Positions 48,911 through 61,405 of a stretch of 64,000 nucleotides of DNA are shown piece by piece; positions within the stretch are counted from its first letter, which is position 1, and every line of letters begins with the position of its first letter. This DNA is from Podarcis melisellensis (lineage: Eukaryota). Under the pieces are notes generated by a model, which had not been told where the DNA came from, did no database searches, and saw nothing but the letters and a program-made list of their open reading frames with translations. The position numbers were made by a program, and so were the translations under genes. The DNA is taken from assembly GCA_964234715.1 (NCBI GenBank), contig OZ174276.1. One strand, given 5' to 3'.

Positions 48911-50317
48911 TAAGGCAGCTCCCAGCTTACTGGGATTTCAGTCGGTAGGAAAAAAGAAATTTAGTACCTTAGAGGCAGAAGCTTTCCCCCCTCCCTCGAA
49001 TGTCATGTAGTAGAATATTAGAGGGCGCTGAGCGTAACTATAATACTCCCCTCCTTTTGTAACCCCAGTCCACTGCCACAGACAGAAGAGAGCTTCCTTG
49101 TGGAAATGTGATATTCCAACATATATGTGAACTCCATCTCCCTTTTGAGATATTATCCGCATTTTTCACACCTGGAGGAGGGTGAAATAAATGTTCTTGT
49201 CTCAAGACATTTCTTATAATCCGGATTTCAGTTAAGTGGTCTTAGGAGGTCTCCTTGCACAGGAGAGGGGAGAGATCAGTAGATTTATATTGTAGTCATC
49301 CCAGAACAGAGAGGACCAATTTGGATGGCTCTGAAAGAGGCTTAGACATAATTAAGAAGGATATCAATGGCTACTCAACTTTGCTCAACTATGTAGACCT
49401 GGACCTGGTATTTCAATATTTTTAATGTATTGATAGATCACTTTAATGCAGGTTACCTATGCCTTAGCTGTTAGAACGATCCTGTAAGGCTGAATGCAGC
49501 CCACTCCTGCCTTAGAAAGTGCTCTCAATCTCAGCTCTTTAGGGTGGCATATTCAGAATGAAGTTGCTGGGTGGTGGTACACCCTGCTTAGAAGGAAAAT
49601 GAGATGGGGGAATTACCTGTGGAGAAGCAGGATATGCATTGGGGTGAAAAGACACCAGGGAGCTGTGCGTGTGATGCACATCCCATACCCTTTTCCTGCA
49701 GCTCAATCAGCCTCTTGCACAGAGGCAGCAATCTGGTCTCACCAATCCTCTGACTGAAATCTGACACTGTATAGATAGCTGTTCCTTCTGCAGGGCAAGC
49801 TATCTGCATTTGTAATTTCCCCACAGTTGGAACATGGCCACTGCTGAGCTGAAGCTGGTGCTGCCTTGCAGCTCTGGAGAATTTTAAAGGATCCCTTACT
49901 TAGGAAGCAGGAGCCTTGCAAAGGATGCTGTTGTAAAATGTCTCCTACTGCAGCACGCTTACCGTAACTGAGATCCTGTATGTCGTCTAGTCACAAGCAC
50001 GTCCACAACATCTCAAGGGCACCTGGCTGGAGAAAGCTGGGGTAGAATCCTGTACTGGATCAGAAAAGGTGGGGAATAGCAGTGTGTGGCCTTCTAAACC
50101 TTGTAGGACTGCAACTCCCAGGTGCCCTGGCAATGGTCAGGGATGATGGGAATTGTAGTCTAGCAACTTCTGGAGGGCTGCAGGTTTACCAGCCTGACCT
50201 TAGGGTGAGGGCAGGACGTAAATAAGAACATGTGGTGGAGGGATGCTGTTTTTGTGTTATTATGGTATATATCAAATTGTAAACCACCCTCTGATCTTCA
50301 AAGGAAGGGTGGTATAG

Positions 50318-50319
<2 letters not shown>

Positions 50320-50358
<39 letters not shown>
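50320..50358. repeat. (CAT)n microsatellite
   Basis: Directly visible; source of the poly-Ile in spurious ORF 50230-50523. Confidence 0.9.
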
Positions 50359-50361
<3 letters not shown>

Positions 50362-52977
50362 TTAATAACCCCCCACGTGCTGGTGGCTGCAAAGGCAAGC
50401 CTGATGATTGTGGGCATCAGCCCTGCTGGACGGCTAATCCTGGGAAGTGACTGTTGTTGTCAGCATGTGCTGTTGTTACAGGGTGAGGAGCTGGTTACTG
50501 AAGGGGGGGAGGGGGCTCTTTAGTGCTAATTCCAAGGGGAGGGGGGCAGTCTTTGTGTATTTAGCACAAGAGGCAGGCTTGGGGGTTCAGAACTGGAAGG
50601 GGAGCCTTAAGGCAGGACCCGAGCTATGCAGGGGAGAGAGGCTGCCCAGAGAGCCTTGCATGGCTGGCCGGGGTGGGGTCAGGACTTAGTGGCTGCGTGG
50701 CAAGGGGGTGGGAGAGGGTACTGCTGCTCCCATCCCTCCAGGCTCCCCCCTCTCACTCATGGCTCACGCTCTGCCTTTTGGCTCCAGAAATGTGTTTTGT
50801 CTCTCTGGAAAGTGGGAATGAAAAACTACAGGAAATGAACATCCCGCAAGGGAGGGGGGAATGGCGGGGGAGCCCCATTACCGTATTTGCAGGGCTATAG
50901 TGGGCAACAGAGGAAGGAAGCAGTACCGTAATTGCATTGCAGATGCAAAGAGGTAGGGTAGTTGTAGATGCTGCGCCTTAGAGAGTATAGAAAAGAGAAC
51001 TTTGGGTGACTTTGCACAGTGGTGAGGGCGCCCTGGGGAGGTGGGGAGGTAGGGCAAACTCCCAGAATGAGAAAAGACTACAAGAGGCAATCATTGCCGT
51101 TATTAAAACCCTTTAAAGGACATCAGCAAAGAAGGCATAGTGGCCCCCATATGATAATGCTAGGGAACAGGGTGGGGAGGGTGCTGGGAATTGTAGCTCT
51201 GCGAAGGGGTAAACTGCAGTTCCCAGAATTCTTTATGGGCAGTGGGACGTGTTTTAAATGTATGGTGTGTACACAGCCTAAATCTTCCTTCTCTCTGAAT
51301 GTAACATTGAGCTGAAGTTCTATGCATACTTACTTGGACCAAGCCCCCCTAGCCTCTGTTGGATTTACTCCTGAGTAAACATGCACATAGATTAAAAAGA
51401 GCAACAGGGAACAAAGTGACCTAATCTTGGCTGCTGCTATTCTGATGATGCAATAAATGCCCCCTGACCATAGCTGGCCCTTTTGGGTGCAATGCATCCA
51501 AGAGGTGATGTAATATATAGCATAAGGTGGTATTCTGGATGCGGGTGGAGAAAACAGATGCTTCCCACCCCCTCAAGCACATCTCAGGCTGCTCAATAGT
51601 GCACCCACATGTTCTTTGCCAATCCCTTCTTGTTCTGTGCAGTGGCCACCCTGAAGCTGTCGGACTGGCCTGTTCTAGAAGAAAGGGAAGAGGAGGCACT
51701 TGGTCTAGACTCCTGAAATCCAGTTTGGTTTGTGGGTAGTGGATCCTGCTGCGAAATTGCTCTTCCATTGATTCTGGCAGAGGGGGTTTAAATGGCTGTC
51801 TGGGGCCCAACTGCAGTGCTATTTGGTGGAGGAAGTAATGGCGGACTACAATGGCTCACTTTCCTTTCTGGGCTATACAACAGGGGAGAGGAACCTGTGG
51901 CCCAGCAGACATTGTGAGGCCCCTACTCCTAACAGCCTCAGCCAATGATCAGGCATGATGGAGCTGTAGTCCAGCATCTTCTGGAGGGCCTCAAGTTCTC
52001 CAGGCTTGTTGTAAAAGAATGATTGCTCAGCTGTATGTGGCAACTAGCTACATGGCCACCTGTTCTCCTGGACACATGCCCCTTGTGTCCAACGACAGGA
52101 CCAAGAAGCAGCAAGACAATGCTGAGTGCATGGGTCTCAGTGCAACCTGGGCTGAATCATTAAATGCCTGGTTTTACCACCTTCTTTTTCCTCCCACCTC
52201 TGCTGCAAGCCCCAATAAGCTTCATTAACAACAAACCCCCAAATTTGGGATCCCTTCCAAACCCTTTGTAGGGTTTTGTAGTCAGATTGTAGGGTTTTGT
52301 AGGGTGAGCCCCATGTTTTCTGGGGCTTCCCAAACTGAGTAATTGATACTTCAAACCAGGGTTTTGCACCCAGAAAGCCATAATTCTCTGATTCACTTCA
52401 AACCTGTGCCAGTGTTTTGCACAAAACGATTACCAGACCCAGAAAAGGTTTGGAGGGGATCCAAACTTTCAGGGTTTATAGTTAACTAAGCTCCCTCTGT
52501 GTTTTATTTAAGCCAGTCCCTGTGTGTGAGTCCTGCAGTTTCCTAGGGCTAGCTGGTTTGCCCCTTCTGCTGCTTCTCCCTCTACCACAGCGCTATCGGT
52601 TTTTTCCCATATATAGACTGAGCCTCCAGCCATGGCTGTGCACTCAGGCGTTGTCCATAGTGTCCTCTCTGCCCCTCCCTGTCCCTAATCCATTGCTATC
52701 TAGGAGGCTGGATCTTCCCAGTGTAAATAAGGATGATGTTAAAGAGATAAAGGGCTTAGAGTCCAGGCAGGGAGGGGTGCGGCTGGAAAGCAGCAGATTG
52801 TAGCAGGGAAGTTATGGTAGCTGGAAGCGGGCTGGCTGGGAACTGGTCTTTACTTGGCTGTCCCAGCACCAGCACACAGGCAGGGTGCCCAGTCTCCTCC
52901 CAGTCTCCGTCTCCCTCCCATGCCTCTGGCTCTGAAGCCAAGGGTGGTGGGAGAAGGTGAGCGGGACCCGCTGCATC

Positions 52978-53073
52978 ATGAAAACCCCACAACGGGCAGG
53001 GGGGCGCACGGACCAGATGCTGGGGGCAATGGGGGATATCCTGACATCGCTGGCGCTACCCAGCCAACAGTGG
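52978..53073 (+). CDS. ARHGEF25: ARHGEF25 (GEFT/p63RhoGEF) long-isoform first coding exon (96 nt, phase 0)
   Basis: atcATG...TGG|GTaagg. MKTPQRAGGRTDQMLGAMGDILTSLALPSQQW resembles, from memory, the human long-isoform start MKPPDRPAPGRTDRILGVMGGMLRACALPGQ. Synteny PIP4K2C-DTX3-ARHGEF25 agrees. Confidence 0.8.
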
Positions 53074-56000
53074 GTAAGGGGGAAAGAAGACTTGGCCAAG
53101 GCAGCGAGGCAAGGAAAGGGGCAGACCTGACTGCAGAGCGGAGGATGTTTGGGAGAGGAGGCGGGAGAGGCAGGAGATGGGTGCACCTCGAGGGTTGTTT
53201 GTGGGTCAGATCTGTTGTTGGTTGAGGTCTGCCCAGGAAGGAGTGCCGTGCTTGAGAGGCGGTTCTGCTGCCATGCTTTGACTGTGCATTTGAGGAAAGG
53301 TGGGGGGTGGCAGGGATGGCAAACAGCTCCCCAGCAAAGCAGGCTGGTCCTGTCAGAAACCCTTTGCTCCTCACCAAGCCCAGTGTGGAAGAGAGGCTTG
53401 GTAGCTATACATTAACTGAAACTCCCTGGCCAGAAACTAATATGTTGCATCTGGTCTTTTGTACAGCACCTAGCACACAGACATGTCCCAAAGGAACATT
53501 CTCTACTGATCCCTTGGCTGAGGCGTGTCAGGGTGCCTTGTGGTGCAGATAGACACTTCTGTTTGTTTGCTTGTTTTGAAAGTCTGCAGTTGGCCCCAGA
53601 TCAAAGGTTTCCCAATCCTGCCTGCCTGCCTAGGGCCCTTTCTCAATCCTCCAGACACCTCCAGCCCTGAGGAGGAGGGAGAGCGAGAGCCTCTCTCTGC
53701 CTTCTGTTTTCCTTGCTTCTGACTAAGCTGAGATCCCTAGGCATTGGGGTGAGTTTTCCCATTCCCCCTCCCTTGTTATTTTAATGATTCTTACTGGCCC
53801 CTGTGATGTGGCAATGTGCTCTCTGGGGATTTCTGTTCTGATCTTTTGCTCCAGGCTGGAGCTGTGCCTCCCCCACCCCCAGCGCTGATATCCTCAGTCT
53901 GGGATGGAAAAGTCAGCTTGTGGGGTGTGGGGTGGAGCAGTGCAGCAGGGTGGAGCAAGCACAGCTCGAGTGGAAAAGTAAAGCTTGGAAGGTTGGGCTT
54001 AAAAATATACATATTCCCTTTGGAAATCTCCAGTCTTTGCAGAACTAAATGGGCTGCATTGGACGAGGCTGGTAAGTTACTGGGTGGGCTTTTCACAGCA
54101 GAGGACAGTGTTCTGTGGTCTCTGTGGGTTTTGTGCAGTACCGTGGGGGTTTTGTAGGGTTTTTCTGAGTCAGCGGTGGATGGCGCTTGTTGGGCTGGAA
54201 GGTTGGGAGCCCAGCAGTTAAGTGGGGCCAGAGCCAATGACAAGCAGTGCCAACCCATTCTTGTTTTCACCCCTTTGTCCTCCCTGCTGAGTTCTGCAAG
54301 GGCAATGCAGAGACTAAGGAGAAGGAAGATGTCAGGAAAGGGCCCTCCTGGTTGCAAGGAGGGAGGCAGGCAGGTGGCGGCTTAGCGGAGGGCAGACTGA
54401 GGTTGTTGGGGCACTGCCCCCTTTGCCCTGAGGGACCGGCCTCCCCTGTTCTGAACTGTCTATAGTGGGGGTTTGGGTGTTATACTGGCTAGAGAGCCCT
54501 TTAGATGTTGGGGGGGTTGGTGTCACTGGGATCCTCCAGTTTCTTGGTAGATCACACTTCATGGGCATCTTGACCCATTTTTATTAATGGGGCTTTTTAA
54601 AGGGGGAAAAACCCATGCCTGTCATTGAGACATTGTTTCTTCATTGACTAAAATGTATTCTCAGTTTCAAATTGACTCTCTTTCACTTTCTGATTCGCAT
54701 TAATGACAGTAGCCCATGGCGTGCAGACGTCGAGCAAGAGATCACATCTATGTAATACTTTGGAAGCACCATTATACCACTCTAGCCATCCTGGAGAATC
54801 CTGGAGATTGTAGTTTGTTAGAGAGTGAGAGGTCAACGCCCTTTGAAACAAAACAGTGCCCCCTGTGGCTCTCAGGACTCCCCATTACTGTTGAAGTGAT
54901 ATAATCGTGATTTCAGTGCATGGCGTGGATGTGACCAGGGAGAGAGAGGAAGAAAGAAAGTACAATAAATTCCGAAAGAGAAAAGTGCTTTCCAGTTGGC
55001 CAAGGTGATAGCTCTGGCTTCTCATTTGTGATGCAGTTTGAATAGGTAAGAAACTGCTGGTCCAGGGGTCTTCTCCAGGTACTGAGAGGGACCTCTCCTG
55101 TTCTGACATTCTCCACATACTGCAATGTTCAGGGGAAGGAGCAGCAATTGCAAATTATGTCTGGCCAGTAAGCCAAGCCAGCAGCTGAGGACACCTGCCC
55201 AAAGGCCCTTTCTGTATCAACAGGTAGGGGAGAACATCCTTGAAGTCCACTGAGTTCCTGTAGGCCACCTCCCTTAGTGGACTGCATCTTGCATGGTAGC
55301 ACTTTACTAGCTCACAGAAATCTTTCCTAGCCTATTTGCACAGCCACGTCTTGCTTGCTGTCGCAGATATACACACACTGGCCCATCCCCAGAGTTTATC
55401 ACCATGGAATCTGTAATCTGTAGCATTTTGCTGGCCAGAAGGAGAAAAGAAGTCAACTTTCTCCCCCAGGTAGTCTCCTATAGGAGAACTTTTACTCACT
55501 GCGGATAACCAGATTGTGGGGAGGGGCTATTTGCAAGCCTGATGTGATGAAGCAGGTGGGTGTCTTCTAGCATCTGAGTTTTGCTGGAAGGCATAGTGAC
55601 CCTTCAGCATGGAACATGGGGTGGAGCACATGCTTCTCTAAGGGCACGGTTGCTTTATATAGGCTTACTCGCATGCCAGAACCCTGATGCCTCTCCAGCA
55701 TCTTCCACCTGAGGTGCTCACATCCACTCTGCCTAATGGTAGGGCCAGCTCAGGCTATATGGAGTAGGGTGGCAAGAGACAAAGGAGCTTCTGTAACTTT
55801 TAACAGGTGCGCAAGCATACTAACTTGTTATGCCACAGTGCTGAGAGAAACTGTATCTCCTGGGATACTTTTTCTCCACACCTCTAAAAGATAGATGAGT
55901 CCTGTCTTCCTTCGGATCTGGTCATTCTAATCTGGAGGTGTTTGAAGGAGATGTCAAATCCCAAGAAAGAGGCCACAACAGTGAAAGGGGTACCACAGAG

Positions 56001-57929
56001 CCAAGTGGTTAGCAATAGACTGCAGGACAGGCAGAATAAACTATTCCTCTCCCGCCACCATGCACGTTTAATTTATTGGAACTCTCTGCCACAAGGTGTG
56101 GTGGCTGCTGGCTTAGATTGTCATGAATTCATAGATGATGCAACTGTTGATGGATGTTAGCTGCAGCTCAGGGATGTGGCCTTTCAGTTGTCTTGGACTA
56201 CAATTCCCAGCCTCCCTGACTACTGGCCACACTGGCTGGACCCAATGGGAGTTGGAGTCCAACAAGTTGGAGCCATTCCTCTCATGTTTGGACCGCTTTC
56301 ACTTGATGTTTCCACACATATTTGAGGCGAGTTAGGTGGTTGCCAGGCAGGGCCTTCTTAATGATGGCACCTCAGTTGTGAAATGAACACTCCAGAGAGG
56401 TCCACTGGTGCTTACTTTGCTGTCCTTTTGGCACCAGGCAAAGACCTTTCCATTCTTCTAAGCCTTTTATAGATTCAGTTTTTATCCTGCTCACAAAAAT
56501 ATAATAAAATATTTTTGGCCGAAATCTATTTGCTCTCCTTTTACCCTCTTGTTTCTGCTCTCCTCTTATCTACCTGCAAAAACCTCTTGTACTACACACC
56601 ATCTTCCAGTCGCTTAGTCAAAAATCTACTCTAGGGCTCTGACTTCCTTCTCTCACTCCAAAGAGCATTATAAAACACAGAAGCCTCAGATCTGCGATTA
56701 CAAACTACCCAGTCATGCCAAAAGTCCATTTGGCCTGTAAGATAAGGCTATCAATGGATGCTGGTCATGGTATACATTACCTCCAGGCAGGAGTGCCAAC
56801 TTGAATAAAATATGGGAAGGGAGGGCAGGTAAGCCCCGCCCCACATAATACAGCAAAAGACACACACACGCACATACACAAACACACACCCCATTTGAAT
56901 GGTAACGCCCATCACCTTTGAGGGGAGGCCCACTCAAATATTTTATTGGGGAGACCTCTGCCCGTAGGAGTTGGCTCCTGTGCCTCCAGGCTTCAGAGGA
57001 CGTCTGCCTCCCCCTACCAGTTGCTAGAGACTACAGGCAGGAGAGTGCTGTTGCCCTCAGGTCCTGCTTGTGAGCTTCTGGTTAGCCTTTGGGGTGTCAG
57101 AACGCCAGACCAGATGGACCAGGCCAGCTAGGTTCCAGTTCAACAGTGCTTCCTAAAGTGGCCAGATGAATGCGTCCAGGACACCCAAAACCAGGAGTTG
57201 AAGGTAATGGCGTTCCCTTGTTTATCGTCAACATTTGGCATTCAGAAATATATTTTCTCAAAACTTGGGTGTGCCTTTTAACTTTCAAGTTAATAGCTAC
57301 TGATAGGCCTCTCTCATTCAGTGGGAAAAGAGAGTTCATTCTTAATCTCTGTGGGGCAAGACCTCTTTCTCAGCTCCCCTTCCCCACACTCATCCCAACT
57401 GGGACCATCTGCATAATATAAAACATGGACTGGACGTCTCCTTTTGCAAGGCTTTGAGAATCCCAGCTTCCTTGTCTGCTCTGATTCTCTTAAATGTAAG
57501 ATTCTAGTCCTCACAGCTGAAGATGCTTGAAAATGAGTTGGCCACAAAATAAGAAGTAGAAAAGAAATGAGACCGTCATGTTTTTCAGCTGCCATTATGT
57601 CTAAAGCTGGGTAATTTTCTCCCCTCCCCTTCCCCAGGCTCTCAGATTTTTCTCATTTGTGGGAAACAACAAACAACTTGAATAAGAATATGGTGTGATG
57701 AGTGCAATATGTCTGCCAACTGTAGCTCTGGCATCCTCTGTGCTAATGAAAATGATCTGCAAACGATGCTAATTGCCTGCATCTAAAATATGCCCGTTAG
57801 TGGCTGCTCTCCAGCTTGTGATCTATATCCCAGGACCTAGGCTGATCCTCCCCATAACAAACAGCTTGCACACATCCACCCCTAAAAACCTGAACTGTTT
57901 CCCCCCTCCCGGCCTATGCTTAATTGCAG

Positions 57930-58071
57930 CTGCCAGACTTCTGCTCCCAAAAGGAGGGAGCTGAGATGCAGCCCCAGGCCAGCAGCGCTGAGGCTTCCTC
58001 CAAGGACGACAGGGAACAGCAGCCTGTGGAAGTACAGCATGCGGCCCCTGAAGCCCAAGCCACAGAAGGAG
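57930..58071 (+). CDS. ARHGEF25: Probable ARHGEF25 long-isoform second coding exon (142 nt, phase 0/1)
   Basis: ttaattgcAG|CTG...GGA G|GTgagc. Open in the phase left by 52978-53073: LPDFCSQKEGAEMQPQASSAEASSKDDREQQPVEVQHAAPEAQATEG. Only weak (DRE..EV) similarity to the remembered human segment. Confidence 0.6.
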
Positions 58072-58183
58072 GTGAGCATCATTGTCTCATGAATATGCTT
58101 TGTCCCGTGTTAAGCTGGCTCCCCAGCCTTTCCAGGGCTGCTGAGGGAAGGAGACAGCCTGGCCATTTCCTTTTCTCTTACCT

Positions 58184-58309
58184 TAAGGTTACCAGATTTT
58201 TGTCAATGAATCCGGGGAGGACACTTTTGAACATCAATGGATTTTGTATGGGGACTGATTTGTAAATCCGGGGACCGTCCCTGGGAAACGGGGACGTCTG
58301 GTAACCTTA
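58184..58309. mobile_element. 126-bp hAT-type MITE
   Basis: Perfect 13-bp TIRs taaggttaccaga / tctggtaacctta. TSD tcttacct / tcttaccg. Confidence 0.85.
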
Positions 58310-61040
58310 TCTTACCGTGCTCCAAGCCCCCCTGTTTATTGTGTGTTCAATACGGTTTACTGGGACGGACCTAAGCCTTCCTTTCCAATAAATGTGTGTC
58401 CCTTAGCTTGCTGCTGAAATCCTGTAAGGTTTCATGCTGCAAATGCTTCTGCGGTTTCTTTCTTTTTTTCCACCGTGCTTGGGTTGTGCTGTGGTGCAAA
58501 AGTGCCCCTCCAGACGGCAATAACATGGTAGCACTGAGGAGGCATCACACAGCATCTAATAAAGCGGAGTGGTGCATGGACCATCCAGTAATGCACCTCC
58601 CAGTAATGCACTGTGATTACATCAATGACACGTTGCTGAATACACCTGTGAAAGACCACCACTCTGGAGGGGCCTCAAGGCATGTTCCCTCTTTCCAGAG
58701 CCACCAGCACTGGCGGAGGAAGGGGGATGCAGCGGGTGCAGCCCACCACAGGTGTCATCCCTGAGGGGGGTGGCATCGCCCCGCCCCCTGGGATGCTTGC
58801 CTCACCCCCGTGGGCGGCTATCCCCACCCCTGGGTGCACAGCTTCCTCCATGAGTGGGCCTTAATAGCAGCTGTGCATTCATTGCCATTAGCCTAGCGCT
58901 GTCTATTGTGCCTATAGCAGTGGTTCCCCAAGGCTCTTTCTAGCCCCCCTGCCTGAGCTCCTTTAAATGGAGGTGCTGGGCTCTGACTTTTTGCAAGCAT
59001 GGCGTCACCGTCTCCATCACTGGAATCAGACCCTTCTAGCCTGGTCCATCTAGCTCAGTATTGTCCACCGTGGCTGGTGGTCACTCTCCAGGGTTCCAGA
59101 CGGGGATATTCCCAGCCCTTCCTGGAGGTTTGAACCTGGGAACTGGCACTGAGCTGCAGCACCCCCAAAACAGATTCTTTTTGGGTGGGATGCCAGATCT
59201 AAAGCTGGTCCTAGGATGGTGGGGTAACCACTCACGAAAGAGTGGTTCTTCCCTTGACATTTAGAGGATCAAGCAGAAAACCACTTGGACCCATGTTTTC
59301 TAGGCAGGGTTCAAGCGGAAGTGTGAAGGAACCCTCTCAGCCAGGGCAGGACCTTTCCTGTGTTTTGCAAACCTTGGGCCTCATTGATCTGCAAACCTTG
59401 GGCCTAACTGGCAGGAAGGGTGGGGTATAAACTGAATGAATGAATGGATGCTAAATAAGCTGCTATTTATTGTTTGTTTGTTTTTGGTCTGAAGGGTGAG
59501 GTAAAAATGCTTGAATAGATACATGCAAGCAGCTGTTTCTGTTAGAGAAAAGCAGCTCTTGGGAGGGCAGTTTGAAGCTAAGAAGCACAAGCTGGGTGAT
59601 AACTTTTCCCCGGCTGCTTTTTCCAGAGCAGTTATTTCCCCAAAGGTCCTTTTCCCAAAAGAGGCTCCAGGCTCGTGGTTATGGCAGAGGACCTGCTTTG
59701 CACCCAGAAGGTCATAGATTGAATTCCTGATCTTTTCAAGTAGGGTAAGCTCCTGTCTGAAACCTGGAAGAGCTGCTGCCAGCCAGTGTGAAGCAGGGAA
59801 CCTGTGGCCCTCCGGTTGTTGCTGAACTCCCAGCTCAAGGATGGTGGGAGTTGTGGACTAACAGTATTTGGAGGGCCACAGGCCCCCCCAACTCTGATGC
59901 AGATTTCTGAGCTAGACGGGCAAATGGTCTTGATTCTGCACAAGGCATCTTCCTGTGTCTTTGCAAACCGACATTTGGAATCCTGCCATGCAATAAGCGG
60001 TGGAGGTGGGGGATATGTTTCAGTTGGAAATGGCCGGCAAAGCATCCATTCAAAGCATCTGCCTCCCCAGGTTGCTTTTAAGTTCAAAGCAAAACTGATG
60101 GGCTGTTATAGACAGGTATACATATATGTAGTTTGCCACTATGGTCCAAAGAAAACATGACAGTGGGAGATCTGTGCAGGAAGGAAGATTTAATACTTTA
60201 CCCCCATTCTGTTTCCCTAGTTTACAAAAACCCTCATCTCTGCTAATTGCCCTGTGGTCTAGTTGTACCCTAAATCATGTATGAATGATATTGCAGTACA
60301 TTAATCCGACTCTCAGAGCATCATTTTGGAAATTGTCTTCAAGGGATTTCCCCACATTTGTGTCTTCATAGCCTAAAAGCTGCTCCCCACACCGTTTCCA
60401 CGCTGTGGCATAAATACATGTTTTGTCAGCTTGTCCCAAGTGACCAGTCGTAATGGAAGTATGAATAAGAAAAATAATCATAGAAGTTGGCTGCAGGCTG
60501 CCCCTGGGCCAAAACTGATCATCCTGGCAATCCAAATCCCCCTCCTGGGTCATCTGCTATGCTGTGCTGTGTTGCCTGAAATGGTTGGTGCTCCTGAAAA
60601 TGTAGCAAACACCTTCATATTGGCAAGGGGCTTATTGTGTGTCATGCGTTGCCATTGTGTTATTGCTGCTTTCCTATTGACTGAAGGCTAATTGAGATGA
60701 TATATCGGGGAGGTTTCTTTTTACATCTTTTACATGCTGTGTACCTCTTGAGGCTGTGGAAAGGACAAATCAACAACATGGAACTGGGAAGAGGAAATGG
60801 GGACAGAGAGGAACTGGTGGCAATGAAATGGGCAGCATGGAAGTGAGTTGCTCTTCCTAATAAGTGGGTGAGCCTTTATTGTAGGGATGGGGAAAAACTG
60901 TGACCCTCCAAATGTTGCTGGACTCCCTCCTCCTTGACTGTTGGCCATGCTGCCTGGGGCTTACGGGAGTTGTAGTTCAATAGCATCTGAATACCCACAG
61001 GCTTCCCATTACTGCTGTGGGGTCACCAGATATAGAGTTA

Positions 61041-61405
61041 GGTAAAGGGTAAAGGGACCCCTGACCATTAGGTCCAGTCGTGACCGACTCTGGGGTTGCG
61101 GTGCTCATCTCGCTTTATTGGCCGAGGGAGCCGACATTTGTCCGCAGACAGCTTCCGGGTCATGTGGCCAGCATGACTAAGCCGCTTCTGGCTAACCAGA
61201 GCAGCGCACGGAAACACCGTTTACCTTCCCACCGGAGTGGTACCTATTCATCTACTTGCACTTTGATGTGCTTTCAAACTGCTAGGTTGGCAGGAGCTGG
61301 GACCGAGCAACAGGAGCTCACCCTGTGGCGGGGATTCAAACCGCCAACCTTCTGATCAGCAAGTCCTAGGCTCTGTGGTTTAATCCACAGCACCACCCAC
61401 GTCCC
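61041..61405 (-). mobile_element. Full-length Sauria SINE with 14-bp TSD
   Basis: Reverse tail ggtaaagggtaaagggacccc and reverse head ccacagcaccacccacgtccc. TSD cagatatagagtta at 61027-61040 and 61407-61420. Confidence 0.92.

Noticed and set aside
58396-58480. Cys-rich peptide (SCKVSCCKCFC) as the palmitoylated p63RhoGEF first exon
   Set aside because: No ATG start, no matching flanking residues and no suitable donor; probably chance.
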